A stretch of 64,000 bases of DNA from Clostridia bacterium (GTDB taxonomy: Bacteria; Bacillota; Clostridia; Oscillospirales; CAG-272). Both the position numbers and the translations under genes were made by a program. The notes under the pieces are model-generated. The model was given only the letters and a program-made list of their open reading frames with translations. It was not told where the DNA came from and ran no database searches. Shown one piece after another: positions 35,423 through 45,821 of the stretch. The stretch lies in assembly GCA_017621085.1 (NCBI GenBank), contig JAGATW010000096.1, positions 7,283-71,282 on the forward strand, given 5' to 3'. Every line of letters begins with the position of its first letter. Positions within the stretch are counted from its first letter, which is position 1.

Positions 35423-36727
35423 TTACTCGTTAATTTCTTTGGCTTCCTTACGTGCCCTTCTGCGCTCAGCGCGCTCTGCCTGCTCAATCTTGTAAAGCTC
35501 CTCAGTTGCAAAAAGAAGCTTCATAACAACATTTTTCTTTTCAGGGAAGCAAACAAAGGTGTCATTTGATGTGGAAATTTGAATACAAGGCTCCGGACGA
35601 ATGTAGCAATAATCAAACTCAATATGTACTCCGTACATTCCTGCAACAGGACGGGAAATTATAAAGTCCTCATTATTATATCGCCCGCTTATAGTAAAGC
35701 CACTCTTTTCCTTGTGTGTAAGAGTTGCCTTTCCTAAAGGAATAAACTTATTCGTGTTAGGCAAGGAGTAAACGTCAACGCTACTTTCAAAGAAATAGCC
35801 TTGATTTACAATTTCGTCCTTAACCATTTTTCTTTCCCACTCAAACCACTCTGGCGGAGAATTAAACTCAGTTTCACCGTTAAGTGCTTTAATTTCACCA
35901 AGTGGGGTAAGCTCCCACTCCTTTTGACAGGCAGGACAAATAAGCTTCTCGCCCTTACTTGTCATTTCCTCCTTTAAGCAGTGAGGACACTTATATAGAA
36001 CGTGGTGCAAGCCCTCAGCACGATAAGGCGCATCAATAATTATATTATGCTCTTTTTGATACTCGTACTCATTGTAGGTTAGCTCTCGTCTTAAAATTTC
36101 CATAATTTCCTCAGGGCTTTTTTTAGCCAAGTCTCTTTCTGTTAAAATAAGCTTCATAGTAGAAAGAGTTTTAACCTTGCGCGATCTTCTCCAGCCCCAA
36201 GCCGGATTGCGAAGATAATTGCCTCTGTGCAAAAGCACAACAACAGGCTTTTGCAGCCTTTTTAAAAGCGCGCCATAGGAATCCGGAATAATAGCAGTTG
36301 TTCCAATAGGAGAATATCTTGCCTCCGGATAAATGGAAAGAACGGACTTATGTTCATTTAGAATTATTTCACATTGCTTTAAAAGATATGGGTCGGTTGT
36401 AAATTTTCTTTTTGGAACACAGCCACAAAGCCCTAAAAGCCAAGCACGGCGATAGTGACCCTCAAGGGTGGCAATATTGCTAACTCTTGCAGGGTAGGTC
36501 GCTAAGGAATTAACCTCAAAATCAGCAAATGCGTGATGGTTGGATAAAAGCACATATGGTGCTTTTATTCCATCCATACCGATTTTTTCGATTTTTGTTT
36601 TTGGCTTCATTACAATAAGGCTCAATATATGAATAAGCCATTTAAAGAGCCATATTTGCTTAATTGGCTTTTTGTCAAGACGATGGAATTTGATTTTTCC
36701 ACCGTAGTTGATTTTATTATATTCCAT
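35423..36727 (-). CDS. PlsC-family acyltransferase with C-terminal zinc-ribbon-containing extension
   Basis: HX4D motif NHHAFAD. Later CPHC...CPAC pair (YKCPHCLKEEMTSKGEKLICPACQKEW). Confidence 0.75.
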   Translation of the reverse strand: MEYNKINYGGKIKFHRLDKKPIKQIWLFKWLIHILSLIVMKPKTKIEKIGMDGIKAPYVLLSNHHAFADFEVNSLATYPARVSNIATLEGHYRRAWLLGLCGCVPKRKFTTDPYLLKQCEIILNEHKSVLSIYPEARYSPIGTTAIIPDSYGALLKRLQKPVVVLLHRGNYLRNPAWGWRRSRKVKTLSTMKLILTERDLAKKSPEEIMEILRRELTYNEYEYQKEHNIIIDAPYRAEGLHHVLYKCPHCLKEEMTSKGEKLICPACQKEWELTPLGEIKALNGETEFNSPPEWFEWERKMVKDEIVNQGYFFESSVDVYSLPNTNKFIPLGKATLTHKEKSGFTISGRYNNEDFIISRPVAGMYGVHIEFDYCYIRPEPCIQISTSNDTFVCFPEKKNVVMKLLFATEELYKIEQAERAERRRARKEAKEINE

Positions 36728-36728
36728 A

Positions 36729-37286
36729 TTATTTTACCGTTCCGTCTGCATTGAATAATGGTAGCTCGTGAAGGTAAATTATGTCATCTCTCTTAGTAGC
36801 GTCTCCCTCTGCAAGAATGCACATTCTGCCAACTATTTCACCACCGGCAGTGCGTACAAGCTCCTCTAAGGACTTAAGGCTTTCTCCTGTTGATATAACA
36901 TCATCAACAATAACAATGCGCTTGCCCTTCATAAGCTCGGCATCCTTGCCGTCAAGGAATAAGGACTGCTCCTTAGCAGTGGTAATTGAACGAACAGTTA
37001 CAGATACAACATCTCTCATATAAAGCTTAGGGTATTTTCTTGCAAGCATATATTTTTGGTTTCCGTTTATACGCGCCATTTCGTGTACAAGCGGAATACC
37101 CTTAGCCTCAGCAGTAATTAGGTAGTCATATTCCGGTGCTTTGTCAAGCAAAGCATTGGCACAGGCTGTGGTTAACTCCGGGTCACCGAATATTACAAAT
37201 GCACCGATGTACAAATCATCAGTAACTCTGCAAAGCGGCAAAGCTCTTTCCAAGCCTGCAATGTTCATTTTGTAAGCCTTTTCCAT
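36729..37286 (-). CDS. Phosphoribosyltransferase-family protein (Apt-like)
   Basis: PRPP-binding loop RIVIVDDVISTGES. 185 aa. Confidence 0.75.
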   Translation of the reverse strand: MEKAYKMNIAGLERALPLCRVTDDLYIGAFVIFGDPELTTACANALLDKAPEYDYLITAEAKGIPLVHEMARINGNQKYMLARKYPKLYMRDVVSVTVRSITTAKEQSLFLDGKDAELMKGKRIVIVDDVISTGESLKSLEELVRTAGGEIVGRMCILAEGDATKRDDIIYLHELPLFNADGTVK

Positions 37287-37315
37287 AGTAAATCTCCTTT
37301 GGAATAAGTATAAAT

Positions 37316-38596
37316 TTATTTTGTGATTTTCTCTTTTCCACCCATATATGGACGAAGTGCAACAGGAATATTAATGCTACCATCAGCATTCATATTGTTT
37401 TCAAGGAAAGCAATAAGCATTCTTGGTGGAGCAACAACAGTGTTGTTAAGAGTATGTGCAAAGTACTTGCCGTCCTTACCATTAACTCTGATTCTTAAGC
37501 GTCTTGCCTGTGCATCGCCAAGGTTAGAGCAAGAGCCAACTTCAAAATACTTCTTCTGTCTTGGGGACCAAGCCTCAACGTCAATGCTCTTAACCTTTAA
37601 GTCTGCTAAGTCACCTGAGCAGCATTCAAGAGTTCTTACAGGAATATCAAGGGTTCTGAATAAATCAACAGTATTCTGCCATAGCTTGTCAAACCAAACA
37701 GGGCTTTCCTCCGGCTTACAAACAACAATCATTTCCTGCTTTTCAAATTGGTGAATTCTGTAAACACCACGCTCCTCAATACCGTGTGCGCCCTTTTCCT
37801 TACGGAAGCAAGGAGAATAGGAGGTTAATGTGTAAGGAAGCTCATCCTCCGGTACAATTGTATCAATAAACTTACCAATCATAGAGTGCTCACTTGTGCC
37901 GATTAGGTAAAGGTCCTCGCCCTCTATTTTGTACATCATAGCATCCATTTCAGCAAAGGACATAACACCTGTTACAACCTCGCTTCTAATCATAAATGGA
38001 GGAATGCAATAGGTAAAGCCACGGTCAATCATAAAGTCACGTGCGTAGGAAATAATTGCAGAATGTAGTCTTGCAATATCGCCCATTAAATAGTAAAAGC
38101 CGTTACCTGCAACCTTTCTTGCACTATCAAGGTCAAGCCCCTTGAGATTTTCCATAATCTCTGCGTGATATGGAATATCAAAGTCAGGAACGACAGGCTC
38201 ACCATACCTTTGAACCTCAACGTTTTCGCTATCATCACGGCCAATAGGAACACTTGGGTCAATAATGTTAGGAATACGCATCATAATGTTTTTAATCTTT
38301 TCGCTATATTCGCCCTCTAATACCTCAAGCTCCGCTAAACGCTGTGCCTGTGCATTAACCTGCTTTTTAACCTCTTCAGCCTCGTCACGCTTTCCCTGTG
38401 CCATAAGCGCACCGATTTGCTTTGAAAGCTTGTTTCTGCCACCTCTTAGTGTGTCAGCCTCCTGCTTAAAAGCACGATATTGTGCATCAAGCTCAATTAC
38501 CTCATCAACAAGAGGGAGCTTTGAATCCTGAAACTTCTTTTTAATGTTTTCCTTAACAAGCTCAGGATTTTCTCTTAAGAATTTTAAATCAATCAT
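37316..38596 (-). CDS. serS: Seryl-tRNA synthetase
   Basis: Canonical N-terminus MIDLKFLRENPE after GGAGG (the track start 38608 is an upstream TTG). Coiled-coil arm plus class II core. A Ser T-box lies upstream. Confidence 0.95.
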   Translation of the reverse strand: MIDLKFLRENPELVKENIKKKFQDSKLPLVDEVIELDAQYRAFKQEADTLRGGRNKLSKQIGALMAQGKRDEAEEVKKQVNAQAQRLAELEVLEGEYSEKIKNIMMRIPNIIDPSVPIGRDDSENVEVQRYGEPVVPDFDIPYHAEIMENLKGLDLDSARKVAGNGFYYLMGDIARLHSAIISYARDFMIDRGFTYCIPPFMIRSEVVTGVMSFAEMDAMMYKIEGEDLYLIGTSEHSMIGKFIDTIVPEDELPYTLTSYSPCFRKEKGAHGIEERGVYRIHQFEKQEMIVVCKPEESPVWFDKLWQNTVDLFRTLDIPVRTLECCSGDLADLKVKSIDVEAWSPRQKKYFEVGSCSNLGDAQARRLRIRVNGKDGKYFAHTLNNTVVAPPRMLIAFLENNMNADGSINIPVALRPYMGGKEKITK

Positions 38597-38613
38597 ATTT
38601 TCCTCCAAATATT

Positions 38614-38814
38614 AAAAAAGCCCCTTGAAAAATTCAAGGGTGCAAAATTTACACGGTACCACCTTTAGTTTAGCTCACGGTTCATAACGTAACCACACGT
38701 GGCGCTCTTAACACCCAACTCGGAAATGGAATAAGCAACCTTTAACGCAGCACTCCCACCAAGTGTGCCACTCTCTGAAGATAAGTATTTGCTATTTTTT
38801 TCGTCTCAGTCATT
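38614..38814 (-). promoter_or_regulatory. T-box riboswitch leader (Ser; candidate specifier UCC)
   Basis: Reverse complement contains AGAGAG (stem I), a loop reading UUAU-UCC-A (UCC = 38730-38728), the T-box core AAAGGTGGTACCGTG (38652-38666), and the terminator CCCTTGAATTTTTCAAGGGGCTTTTTT (38614-38643). Confidence 0.85.
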
Positions 38815-38820
38815 TATATT

Positions 38821-38849
38821 ATAATAACACTAATATTTGGTTTTGTCAA
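38821..38849 (-). promoter_or_regulatory. Promoter of the serS T-box leader
   Basis: On the minus strand: TTGACA (38849-38844), 17 nt, TATTAT (38826-38821). Confidence 0.6.
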
Positions 38850-38912
38850 GTGGCATATTAAAAAACTAAAAAGCATATGTTGTACTAACAACGAAAACAA
38901 GGAGAAAATGAA

Positions 38913-40454
38913 ATGGCAGAATTAAAATTAGGCATAGAAGAAAAAGAGGAGCAAAAATTACAATCATTAACAACGGACATAGTAGTAGCAAGTGATGTTA
39001 GCGAGGAATTTTCCTTGCCGGACTATGTATCGGAAATAAGAAAGCTGTTGTGCGTGCGTGCTCAGGTCTTACCTGAGAGCAAATTTATTTCAGACAGTGG
39101 TAATAGCTCCAATTTGGAATTTGGTGGAGTAGTTACATATCTTGTAATCTATACAGATGACGAGGGTAGCTTATGTGCCTTACCACTTACAAGCAACTAT
39201 GAAACAAGCACAACACTTGCATCACACCCGACAACAGTAATTATAAATACAGAGGTAGATAGCGTACAGCCAAGAGTTAATGCTCCAAGAAAATTAACAA
39301 TAAAAACAAGATTAAAGAGCAGAATAATGGGATGGGAGGAAAACGAGGAAAAAGAAAGAATAGAGGGCAAAAGCACAGCTGATGAAATGTTTATGGAAAG
39401 AAATATAACAGAGGAAAAAGCACTTGGCATTAGGCAAATCAGTATGCAGAATATAAAAGCAAGCGGCTCCTTTGACACACAAGGAGAAGCAAGGCTTCAG
39501 CCAATATGGTGTGATGCCAAAATAATTACAAGCGATGTAAAAGTGCAAAACAACTCCGTTTCGGTGCGTGGAGAAATAACAATAAAGTGCATTTGTAAAA
39601 GCCAAGAGGGCATAGTAACCCTTACAAAAACAGAGCCGCTTGCAGAGGAAATGGAAGCACAGGGAGCTATGATAGGGGATATGGCAAGGGTAAGTGGAAG
39701 ATGCGTTAGCCTTGCAATATCAAACGAGCAAAGTGGGGATAGTGAAAAGCTATTTTATGATTTAACAAGTGAGCTTGAGGGTGAGCTTATAAGAAACACA
39801 GAGGTAGCTCTTACAAGAGATTGCTATTCGACAAAGAATGAAACAGATGAGCAATATAAGGTAATAGACCTATATTCCTGTATAAAAGCGCAAAATACAT
39901 CCTTTACAATTAACGAGAGTGTTAAGAGAAAGAATAACGAAATTAATGAAATAGTAGATATTATATGCGACCCTGTGTGCGAAAAAGCCGATTTTAAAAA
40001 TGGAAAAGCAATACTTAGCGGCAAGCTAAACCTGACCGTAATTGGAAAAAAGGAAAACGATGAGGAAATAGAATACTTATCTGAAAATTATGAAATTCCA
40101 TATAAGTATGCCTGTGACACAGGAAAGCTAATGGGCGACTTAATTGCTATGTGGGATGTAGCCTTAGGAAATCTGAATGCAAGATATGAGGGAGAAAAGC
40201 TACTCGTAAATGCAGAAATATACCCATCTTATGAAATAATGGAAAAGCAAAAGTGCCAAATTCTTGACACTCTTGTGATAAATAAGGACAAGGAAATCAA
40301 AAAGGAGGCATCCTGTGTACGAGTTTACTTTCCCAAGGATGGAGATACCCTTTGGGAAATTGCCAAAAAATATCATACAACAGTTGTAGCCTTAAAGGAG
40401 AAAAACAACTTAAACGAAAGCTCCTTGAATGGCGTAAAAAGCGTAATCGTTTAA
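38913..40454 (+). CDS. DUF3794-type repeat protein with C-terminal LysM domain (SafA-like class of clostridial spore/cell-wall proteins)
   Basis: C-terminal LysM (VYFPKDGDTLWEIAKKYHTTVVALKEKNNL). The N-terminal region resembles DUF3794 proteins, from memory. AAGGAG 8 nt upstream. Confidence 0.7.
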   Translation: MAELKLGIEEKEEQKLQSLTTDIVVASDVSEEFSLPDYVSEIRKLLCVRAQVLPESKFISDSGNSSNLEFGGVVTYLVIYTDDEGSLCALPLTSNYETSTTLASHPTTVIINTEVDSVQPRVNAPRKLTIKTRLKSRIMGWEENEEKERIEGKSTADEMFMERNITEEKALGIRQISMQNIKASGSFDTQGEARLQPIWCDAKIITSDVKVQNNSVSVRGEITIKCICKSQEGIVTLTKTEPLAEEMEAQGAMIGDMARVSGRCVSLAISNEQSGDSEKLFYDLTSELEGELIRNTEVALTRDCYSTKNETDEQYKVIDLYSCIKAQNTSFTINESVKRKNNEINEIVDIICDPVCEKADFKNGKAILSGKLNLTVIGKKENDEEIEYLSENYEIPYKYACDTGKLMGDLIAMWDVALGNLNARYEGEKLLVNAEIYPSYEIMEKQKCQILDTLVINKDKEIKKEASCVRVYFPKDGDTLWEIAKKYHTTVVALKEKNNLNESSLNGVKSVIV

Positions 40455-40573
40455 CAAAATAAGGAGCGTAAAAGAGTAATATAAAAATATTTCAAGTCAT
40501 TATGTGCCGAAAAGTACCGTCATATCACTTTTTAGGCACGTTCGAATGGGTACGTTTTGGCTAGCAATAAAAG

Positions 40574-40616
40574 CTTAAAAACTTTGCTAAAAAAACTTAA
40601 AAACTTTGCTAAAAAA
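40574..40616. repeat. Tandem duplication, about 22 nt x 2 (CTTAAAAACTTTGCTAAAAAA)
   Basis: Read directly: 40574-40595 and 40596-40616. Confidence 0.9.
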
Positions 40617-40620
40617 GAAT

Positions 40621-40727
40621 GCCTTCTCCAGTGGGAGAAGGTGGCACGCAAGGCGTGACGGATGAGGTGTAATTTTTCAATTCACTCATTCATCACGAAA
40701 GTGTCCCCTTCTCTTGCAAGAGAAGGC
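40621..40727. repeat. Palindromic intergenic element, copy A (~107 nt, two inverted ~45-nt arms)
   Basis: The left arm GCCTTCTCCAGTGGGAGAAGGTGGCACGCAAGGCGTGACGGATGAGGTG matches the reverse complement of the right arm, GCCTTCTCTTGCAAGAGAAGGGGACACTTTCGTGATGAATG. Each arm starts with its own GCCTTCTC-N6-GAGAAGG hairpin. A T-run follows. Confidence 0.8.
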
Positions 40728-40745
40728 TTATTTTTATTAAATATA

Positions 40746-43580
40746 TCAATCCTTATAGCCGTTTAATGCCTTTTTAACGTACTTACCGGTGTAGGATTTT
40801 TCGCATTTCGCTACTTCTTCAGGTGTTCCCTGTGCAACAATTGTTCCACCACCGTCACCACCCTCGGGACCTAAGTCAATTATGTGGTCGGCAGTTTTAA
40901 TTACATCAAGGTTATGCTCAATAACTATAATTGAGTTTCCTGCATCAACAAGACGCTGTAAAACTCCAATAAGCTTTTTAACGTCCTCTGTGTGCAGTCC
41001 TGTTGTTGGCTCATCAAGAATATAAATAGTTTTACCTGTTGAGCGCTTGGAAAGCTCTGTTGCAAGCTTAACTCTTTGCGCTTCACCACCTGAAAGGGTA
41101 GTAGAGGATTGACCTATTGTAACATAGCCAAGACCAACATCGCAAATAGTTTGCAGTTTCTTTGAAATGCTTGGAATTTCACTAAAGAATTTTGCACCCT
41201 CCTCAGCAGTCATATCAAGAACGTCGGAAATATTTTTGCCCTTGAATTTTACCTCTAAGGTATCACGATTATATCGCTTGCCCTTACATACGTCACATTT
41301 AACATAGACATCGGGTAAAAAGTGCATTTCAATTTTTTTAACGCCATCACCATCACAGCTTTCGCATCGTCCACCCTTAACATTAAAGGAGAAGCGAGAT
41401 GAGGTAAATGAGCGCATTTTCGCATCCGGAGTTTTAGCAAACAAATCACGTATTTCAGTAAAAAGACCCGTGTACGTGGCTGGATTTGACCTTGGAGTAC
41501 GTCCAATTGGGGATTGGTCAATTGCAATTACCTTGTCAAGATGCTCATATCCCTCAATCTTATCAACCTTGCCCGGATAGGTAATAGCCTTGTTTAGCTT
41601 TTTAGCAAGAGATTGCAAAAGAATTTTGTTAATTAAGGAGCTTTTTCCCGAGCCGGAAACACCCGTTACACAAACAAAACAGCCAAGAGGAATTTCCACA
41701 TTTATATTCTTTAGGTTGTTTTCACGTGCGCCGAAAATTTTTAAGTAATTTCCGTTGCCCTTTCTTCTTTCTGCCGGTATTTCAATTGATTTTCTGCCAC
41801 TTAAATAAGCACCTGTTATGGAATTTTCATTTTCCATAATTTCCGTGGGAGTGCCCATTGCCACAACCTCGCCACCGTGCACACCTGCCCCCGGACCTAT
41901 ATCAACAATGTAATCGCTTTCAAGCATGGTTTCCTCGTCGTGCTCAACAACAATTACAGTGTTTCCAACATCTCGTAGGTCCTTTAAGGTTTTAATCAGC
42001 TTAGAGTTATCTCTTTGGTGTAAGCCAATGCTTGGCTCATCAAGTATATACAAAACTCCCACAAGAGAAGAGCCTATTTGTGTAGCCAATCGAATTCTTT
42101 GCGCTTCCCCACCTGACAAGGTAGCACTTTTTCTTGCGAGAGTTAGATATTCAAGACCAACACTTTTCATAAAGCCTAAGCGTGCCTTAATTTCCTTTAA
42201 AATCTCCTTTGCAATTTGCATTTCGCTTTTCGTAAAGGTAAGACCCTCAATAAAATTAAGTGCATCAACTATGGAAAGACGGCAAAGCTCGTCAATGTTC
42301 TTTCCACCAACAGTAACTGAAAGAGCTTGCTTGTTCAATCTTTGACCGTGACAAACAGGGCAAGGGGTTTCCTCAATAAATTGGTCGTAATATTCATCCC
42401 CCATCATTTGCATACGCTGTTCAATGGTGCGAATAACACCCTCAAATTTAGTTGTTTGTCGCTTCATTTGCTTTGCAAAATATCTGTCAACGGTGTAAAA
42501 TTGGTCCCCTGTGCCATACAAAATAGCATCAAGCTGCTCCTTTGTAAAATCCTTAATCGGAGTAGTGATAGATGCACCAATATGCTCACACACGGCCTTA
42601 AATAAAGGACCGGTCCAGCTTTGCTCATCAATCGATTTGAAGCCGTTTACCTGTATAGCACCCTCGCTTAAGGAAAGAGAGGTGTCGGGAATAATCTTTT
42701 CTGGTGAAATTCTTCTTAATTCACCAATACCTGCACAATGCTCGCAAGCGCCAAATGGGTTATTGAAGGAGAAAGAGCGTGGCTCAAGCTCACCAAAACT
42801 AATATTATGCTCCTCACAGGCGTAGTTGGTTGAAAATTCATACTCAACTCCCTGTCCTTCTCTTGGCATTGTTAAAATACTAACCTTGCCATCACTTACC
42901 TTAAGTGCATTCTCCACAGAGTCGGAAAGACGGGACCTTAGCCCCTCCTTCATTACAAGACGGTCAATAACTATGTCAATATTGTGCTTTTTGGTAAGCT
43001 CTAATTCAATGTCCTCGGAAATATCGTAAATTGTACCATCAATTCTTAATCTAACATATCCGTTTTTACGTGCATCTGTAATAACCTTTTCGTGCCTACC
43101 CTTTTTGCCACGCACAACGGGAGAAAGCACCATAAAGCGCTCACCCTCGTCAAGCTCAAGTATTTTATCTATAATTTGGTCAACGCTCTGTTGCTTAATT
43201 TCCTTGCCACAAACAGGACAATGAACAGTACCTAATCGAGCATATAAAAGCCTTAAATAATCGTAAATCTCTGTAACTGTACCAACAGTTGAGCGTGGAT
43301 TTTTGGAGGTTGTCTTTTGGTCAATTGATATAGCAGGGGAAAGACCCTCAATTGAGTCAACATCAGGCTTATCAAGCTGACCTAAAAACTGTCTTGCATA
43401 AGAGGACAAGGACTCAACAAAGCGTCTGTGTCCCTCTGCATAAATAGTATCAAAGGCAAGAGAGCTTTTTCCTGAGCCTGAAAGACCTGTTAAAATAACA
43501 AGCTTGTCCCTTGGAATAGTTATATCTATGTTTTTAAGGTTATGCACCCTTGCACCCTTAATTTCAATTTGGTTTTTCAT
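40746..43580 (-). CDS. uvrA: Excinuclease ABC subunit A
   Basis: 944 aa. Two ABC modules ([18 protein letters not shown]; LSGGEAQR twice). CxxC zinc-finger pairs. Confidence 0.97.
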   Translation of the reverse strand: MKNQIEIKGARVHNLKNIDITIPRDKLVILTGLSGSGKSSLAFDTIYAEGHRRFVESLSSYARQFLGQLDKPDVDSIEGLSPAISIDQKTTSKNPRSTVGTVTEIYDYLRLLYARLGTVHCPVCGKEIKQQSVDQIIDKILELDEGERFMVLSPVVRGKKGRHEKVITDARKNGYVRLRIDGTIYDISEDIELELTKKHNIDIVIDRLVMKEGLRSRLSDSVENALKVSDGKVSILTMPREGQGVEYEFSTNYACEEHNISFGELEPRSFSFNNPFGACEHCAGIGELRRISPEKIIPDTSLSLSEGAIQVNGFKSIDEQSWTGPLFKAVCEHIGASITTPIKDFTKEQLDAILYGTGDQFYTVDRYFAKQMKRQTTKFEGVIRTIEQRMQMMGDEYYDQFIEETPCPVCHGQRLNKQALSVTVGGKNIDELCRLSIVDALNFIEGLTFTKSEMQIAKEILKEIKARLGFMKSVGLEYLTLARKSATLSGGEAQRIRLATQIGSSLVGVLYILDEPSIGLHQRDNSKLIKTLKDLRDVGNTVIVVEHDEETMLESDYIVDIGPGAGVHGGEVVAMGTPTEIMENENSITGAYLSGRKSIEIPAERRKGNGNYLKIFGARENNLKNINVEIPLGCFVCVTGVSGSGKSSLINKILLQSLAKKLNKAITYPGKVDKIEGYEHLDKVIAIDQSPIGRTPRSNPATYTGLFTEIRDLFAKTPDAKMRSFTSSRFSFNVKGGRCESCDGDGVKKIEMHFLPDVYVKCDVCKGKRYNRDTLEVKFKGKNISDVLDMTAEEGAKFFSEIPSISKKLQTICDVGLGYVTIGQSSTTLSGGEAQRVKLATELSKRSTGKTIYILDEPTTGLHTEDVKKLIGVLQRLVDAGNSIIVIEHNLDVIKTADHIIDLGPEGGDGGGTIVAQGTPEEVAKCEKSYTGKYVKKALNGYKD

Positions 43581-43591
43581 TTTTTCGCCCT

Positions 43592-45547
43592 TTATTTTTT
43601 AGTTTTTAATTCCTTAATTTGGTCACGCAGGTAAGCTGCCTTTTCAAATTCAAGCTTAGCAGAGGCACTTCTCATTTCCTTAGTTAATTCTGCAATTAGC
43701 TTTTCCTTTTCCTCGTGGCTTAGCTTGCCTTTTTTCTTTTTATCTTCCTTTTTGCCAAGGTCAATAACGTCAAATACACCCTTAATAATGGTTTTCGGTA
43801 TAATTCCGTTTTCCTCGTTATATTTTTGCTGTATGCTTCTTCTTCTGTTTGTTTCATCAATTGCAACCTTCATTGATTTTGTAATGCTGTCAGCATACAT
43901 AATAACGTGACCGTTTGCGTTACGGGCAGCACGTCCGATTGTCTGTATAAGTGAGCGCTCCGAACGGAATAAGCCCTCCTTGTCGGCATCAAGAATAGCA
44001 ACTAAGGAAACCTCGGGTATATCAAGACCCTCACGTAAAAGATTAATTCCAACAAGCACATCAAAATCACCAAGACGAAGCCCACGTATTATTTCCATTC
44101 TTTCAAGAGTGTCAACATTGTGGTGAATATATTTAACCTTAATATCGTTGTCAGCCAAAAAGTCTGTTAAATCCTCAGCCATCTTAGTTGTAAGAGTAGT
44201 TACAAGCACCCTTTCCTTTTTCTCAACTCGAAGCCTGATTTCGCCTACAACATCATCAATTTGTGTGCTGATAGGACGTATCTCAACGCTTGGGTCAACA
44301 AGACCAGTTGGTCTTATTAATTGCTCGGCCACAGAGGTGGAATTTTCTCTTTCAAAATCACCCGGGGTGGCGGAAACAAATATTGTTTGGTTTAGCTTAG
44401 ATAAAAATTCAGGGAAATTCAAGGGTCTGTTGTCGTAAGCAGAGGGCAAACGAAAGCCATACTCAATTAAGTTAGTTTTTCTTGCCAAATCTCCACCACT
44501 CATACCACGTATTTGCGGCACACTTACATGGCTCTCGTCAATAAACATAATATAGTCCTTTGGAAAATAGTCCAAAAGAGTATAAGGGGTAGAGCCCGGG
44601 GCACGACCGCTTAATACGCGAGAGTAGTTTTCAACACCAGAGCAAAAGCCAATTTCACGTAGCATTTCAATGTCATACTTTGTTCTTTCCTCAATTCGTT
44701 GTGCCTCAAGAAGCTTATTTCTGCTCTTGAAATAATCAACTCGCTCTACCATTTCCTCGTAAATCTTTTCAAGGGCAGCCTCCCGCTTGTCACTTGAAAC
44801 AACATAGTGGTTAGCAGGGAATATGGCAATATAGGAAAGTGACCTTAAAATTTCGCCCGTTAAGGTGTTTATCTCGCATAAACGGTCAATTTCCTCGCCA
44901 AAAAACTCAACTCTAATTGCCTTGTCAGTAGAGGAAGCAGGGAAAATCTCAACCACGTCCCCCCTTATTCTGAACTTGTTACGTACAAAATTTACATCAT
45001 TTCGCTCATAGTTTAGGCTAATTAGTTTGCGCACTAAATCATCACGGGAAATTTCCATTCCCTCACGTAAATCAATTTGCAGGCTTTGATATTCCTCAGG
45101 GTCACCAAGGGAATATATACAGGAAACACTTGTTACAATAATAACATCACGTCTTTCAAAAAGGGCGCTTGTAGCACTATGACGTAGCTTATCTATTTCG
45201 TCATTTATCATTGCGTCCTTTTCGATATAAATGTCCTTGCCGGGTATATATGCCTCAGGCTGATAGTAATCGTAATAGGAAACAAAATACTCAACTGCGG
45301 AATTAGGAAAAAGCTCTCTCATTTCAGTGCATACCTGTGCAGCTAAGGTCTTGTTTGGCTCAAAAATAATTGTTGGACGGTTAATATTAGCAATAACATT
45401 AGCCATAGTAAAGGTTTTACCACTACCGGTAACACCTAAAAGCGTTTGCATTCTTTCACCACGCAAAATACCATCTGTCAGCTTTTGTATAGCCTGTGGC
45501 TGGTCGCCTGTTGGCACATAGTCACTCTTTAAAACAAATTTGCTCAT
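43592..45547 (-). CDS. uvrB: Excinuclease ABC subunit B
   Basis: [12 protein letters not shown] and helicase motifs. C-terminal UVR domain ([16 protein letters not shown]). Confidence 0.97.
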   Translation of the reverse strand: MSKFVLKSDYVPTGDQPQAIQKLTDGILRGERMQTLLGVTGSGKTFTMANVIANINRPTIIFEPNKTLAAQVCTEMRELFPNSAVEYFVSYYDYYQPEAYIPGKDIYIEKDAMINDEIDKLRHSATSALFERRDVIIVTSVSCIYSLGDPEEYQSLQIDLREGMEISRDDLVRKLISLNYERNDVNFVRNKFRIRGDVVEIFPASSTDKAIRVEFFGEEIDRLCEINTLTGEILRSLSYIAIFPANHYVVSSDKREAALEKIYEEMVERVDYFKSRNKLLEAQRIEERTKYDIEMLREIGFCSGVENYSRVLSGRAPGSTPYTLLDYFPKDYIMFIDESHVSVPQIRGMSGGDLARKTNLIEYGFRLPSAYDNRPLNFPEFLSKLNQTIFVSATPGDFERENSTSVAEQLIRPTGLVDPSVEIRPISTQIDDVVGEIRLRVEKKERVLVTTLTTKMAEDLTDFLADNDIKVKYIHHNVDTLERMEIIRGLRLGDFDVLVGINLLREGLDIPEVSLVAILDADKEGLFRSERSLIQTIGRAARNANGHVIMYADSITKSMKVAIDETNRRRSIQQKYNEENGIIPKTIIKGVFDVIDLGKKEDKKKKGKLSHEEKEKLIAELTKEMRSASAKLEFEKAAYLRDQIKELKTKK

Positions 45548-45696
45548 AGTTAACCTCCTTTAATCCTTCCATTTCAAGCAAAACGGGCTTGCTCCCTGTT
45601 ATGCTAATCGTATCTATATTATTTTACCACATTTTAATTTAAAAGTAAACAAATTCGGGCGAAAAACAAATCGTAAATGTCTATTTGGTGAAATCG

Positions 45697-45748
45697 TACA
45701 AATATAAAATAATTATTTAGTAAAATTATACAAATATAAAATAATTAT
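45697..45748. repeat. Two identical 20-nt direct repeats (TACAAATATAAAATAATTAT) spaced 32 nt start to start, just upstream of the -35 box of LRR paralogue 3
   Basis: 45697-45716 equals 45729-45748. Confidence 0.9.
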
Positions 45749-45759
45749 AATGCCACAGA

Positions 45760-45788
45760 TTGACAACTTGAGCCTTTTGTGGTATACT
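45760..45788 (+). promoter_or_regulatory. Sigma-A promoter of LRR paralogue 3
   Basis: TTGACA (45760-45765), 17 nt, TATACT (45783-45788). It shares TTGACAACT with the promoter at 8860. Confidence 0.65.
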
Positions 45789-45821
45789 TTAACTGTTAAA
45801 AAATACTTAAGGAGTAAAACT

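Noticed and set aside
40655-40705. GGATGAGG ... CACGAAAG inside the palindromic element as a hammerhead core
   Set aside because: The first box has G where the invariant U4 should be. The hairpin that follows it is not adjacent to the GAAA. The second box is simply the reverse-complement arm of the palindrome.
45661-45674. LexA (Cheo-type GAAC-N4-GTTC) box upstream of uvrB
   Set aside because: The best candidate, GAAAAACAAATC, has mismatches in both half-sites. I cannot support an SOS box by eye.
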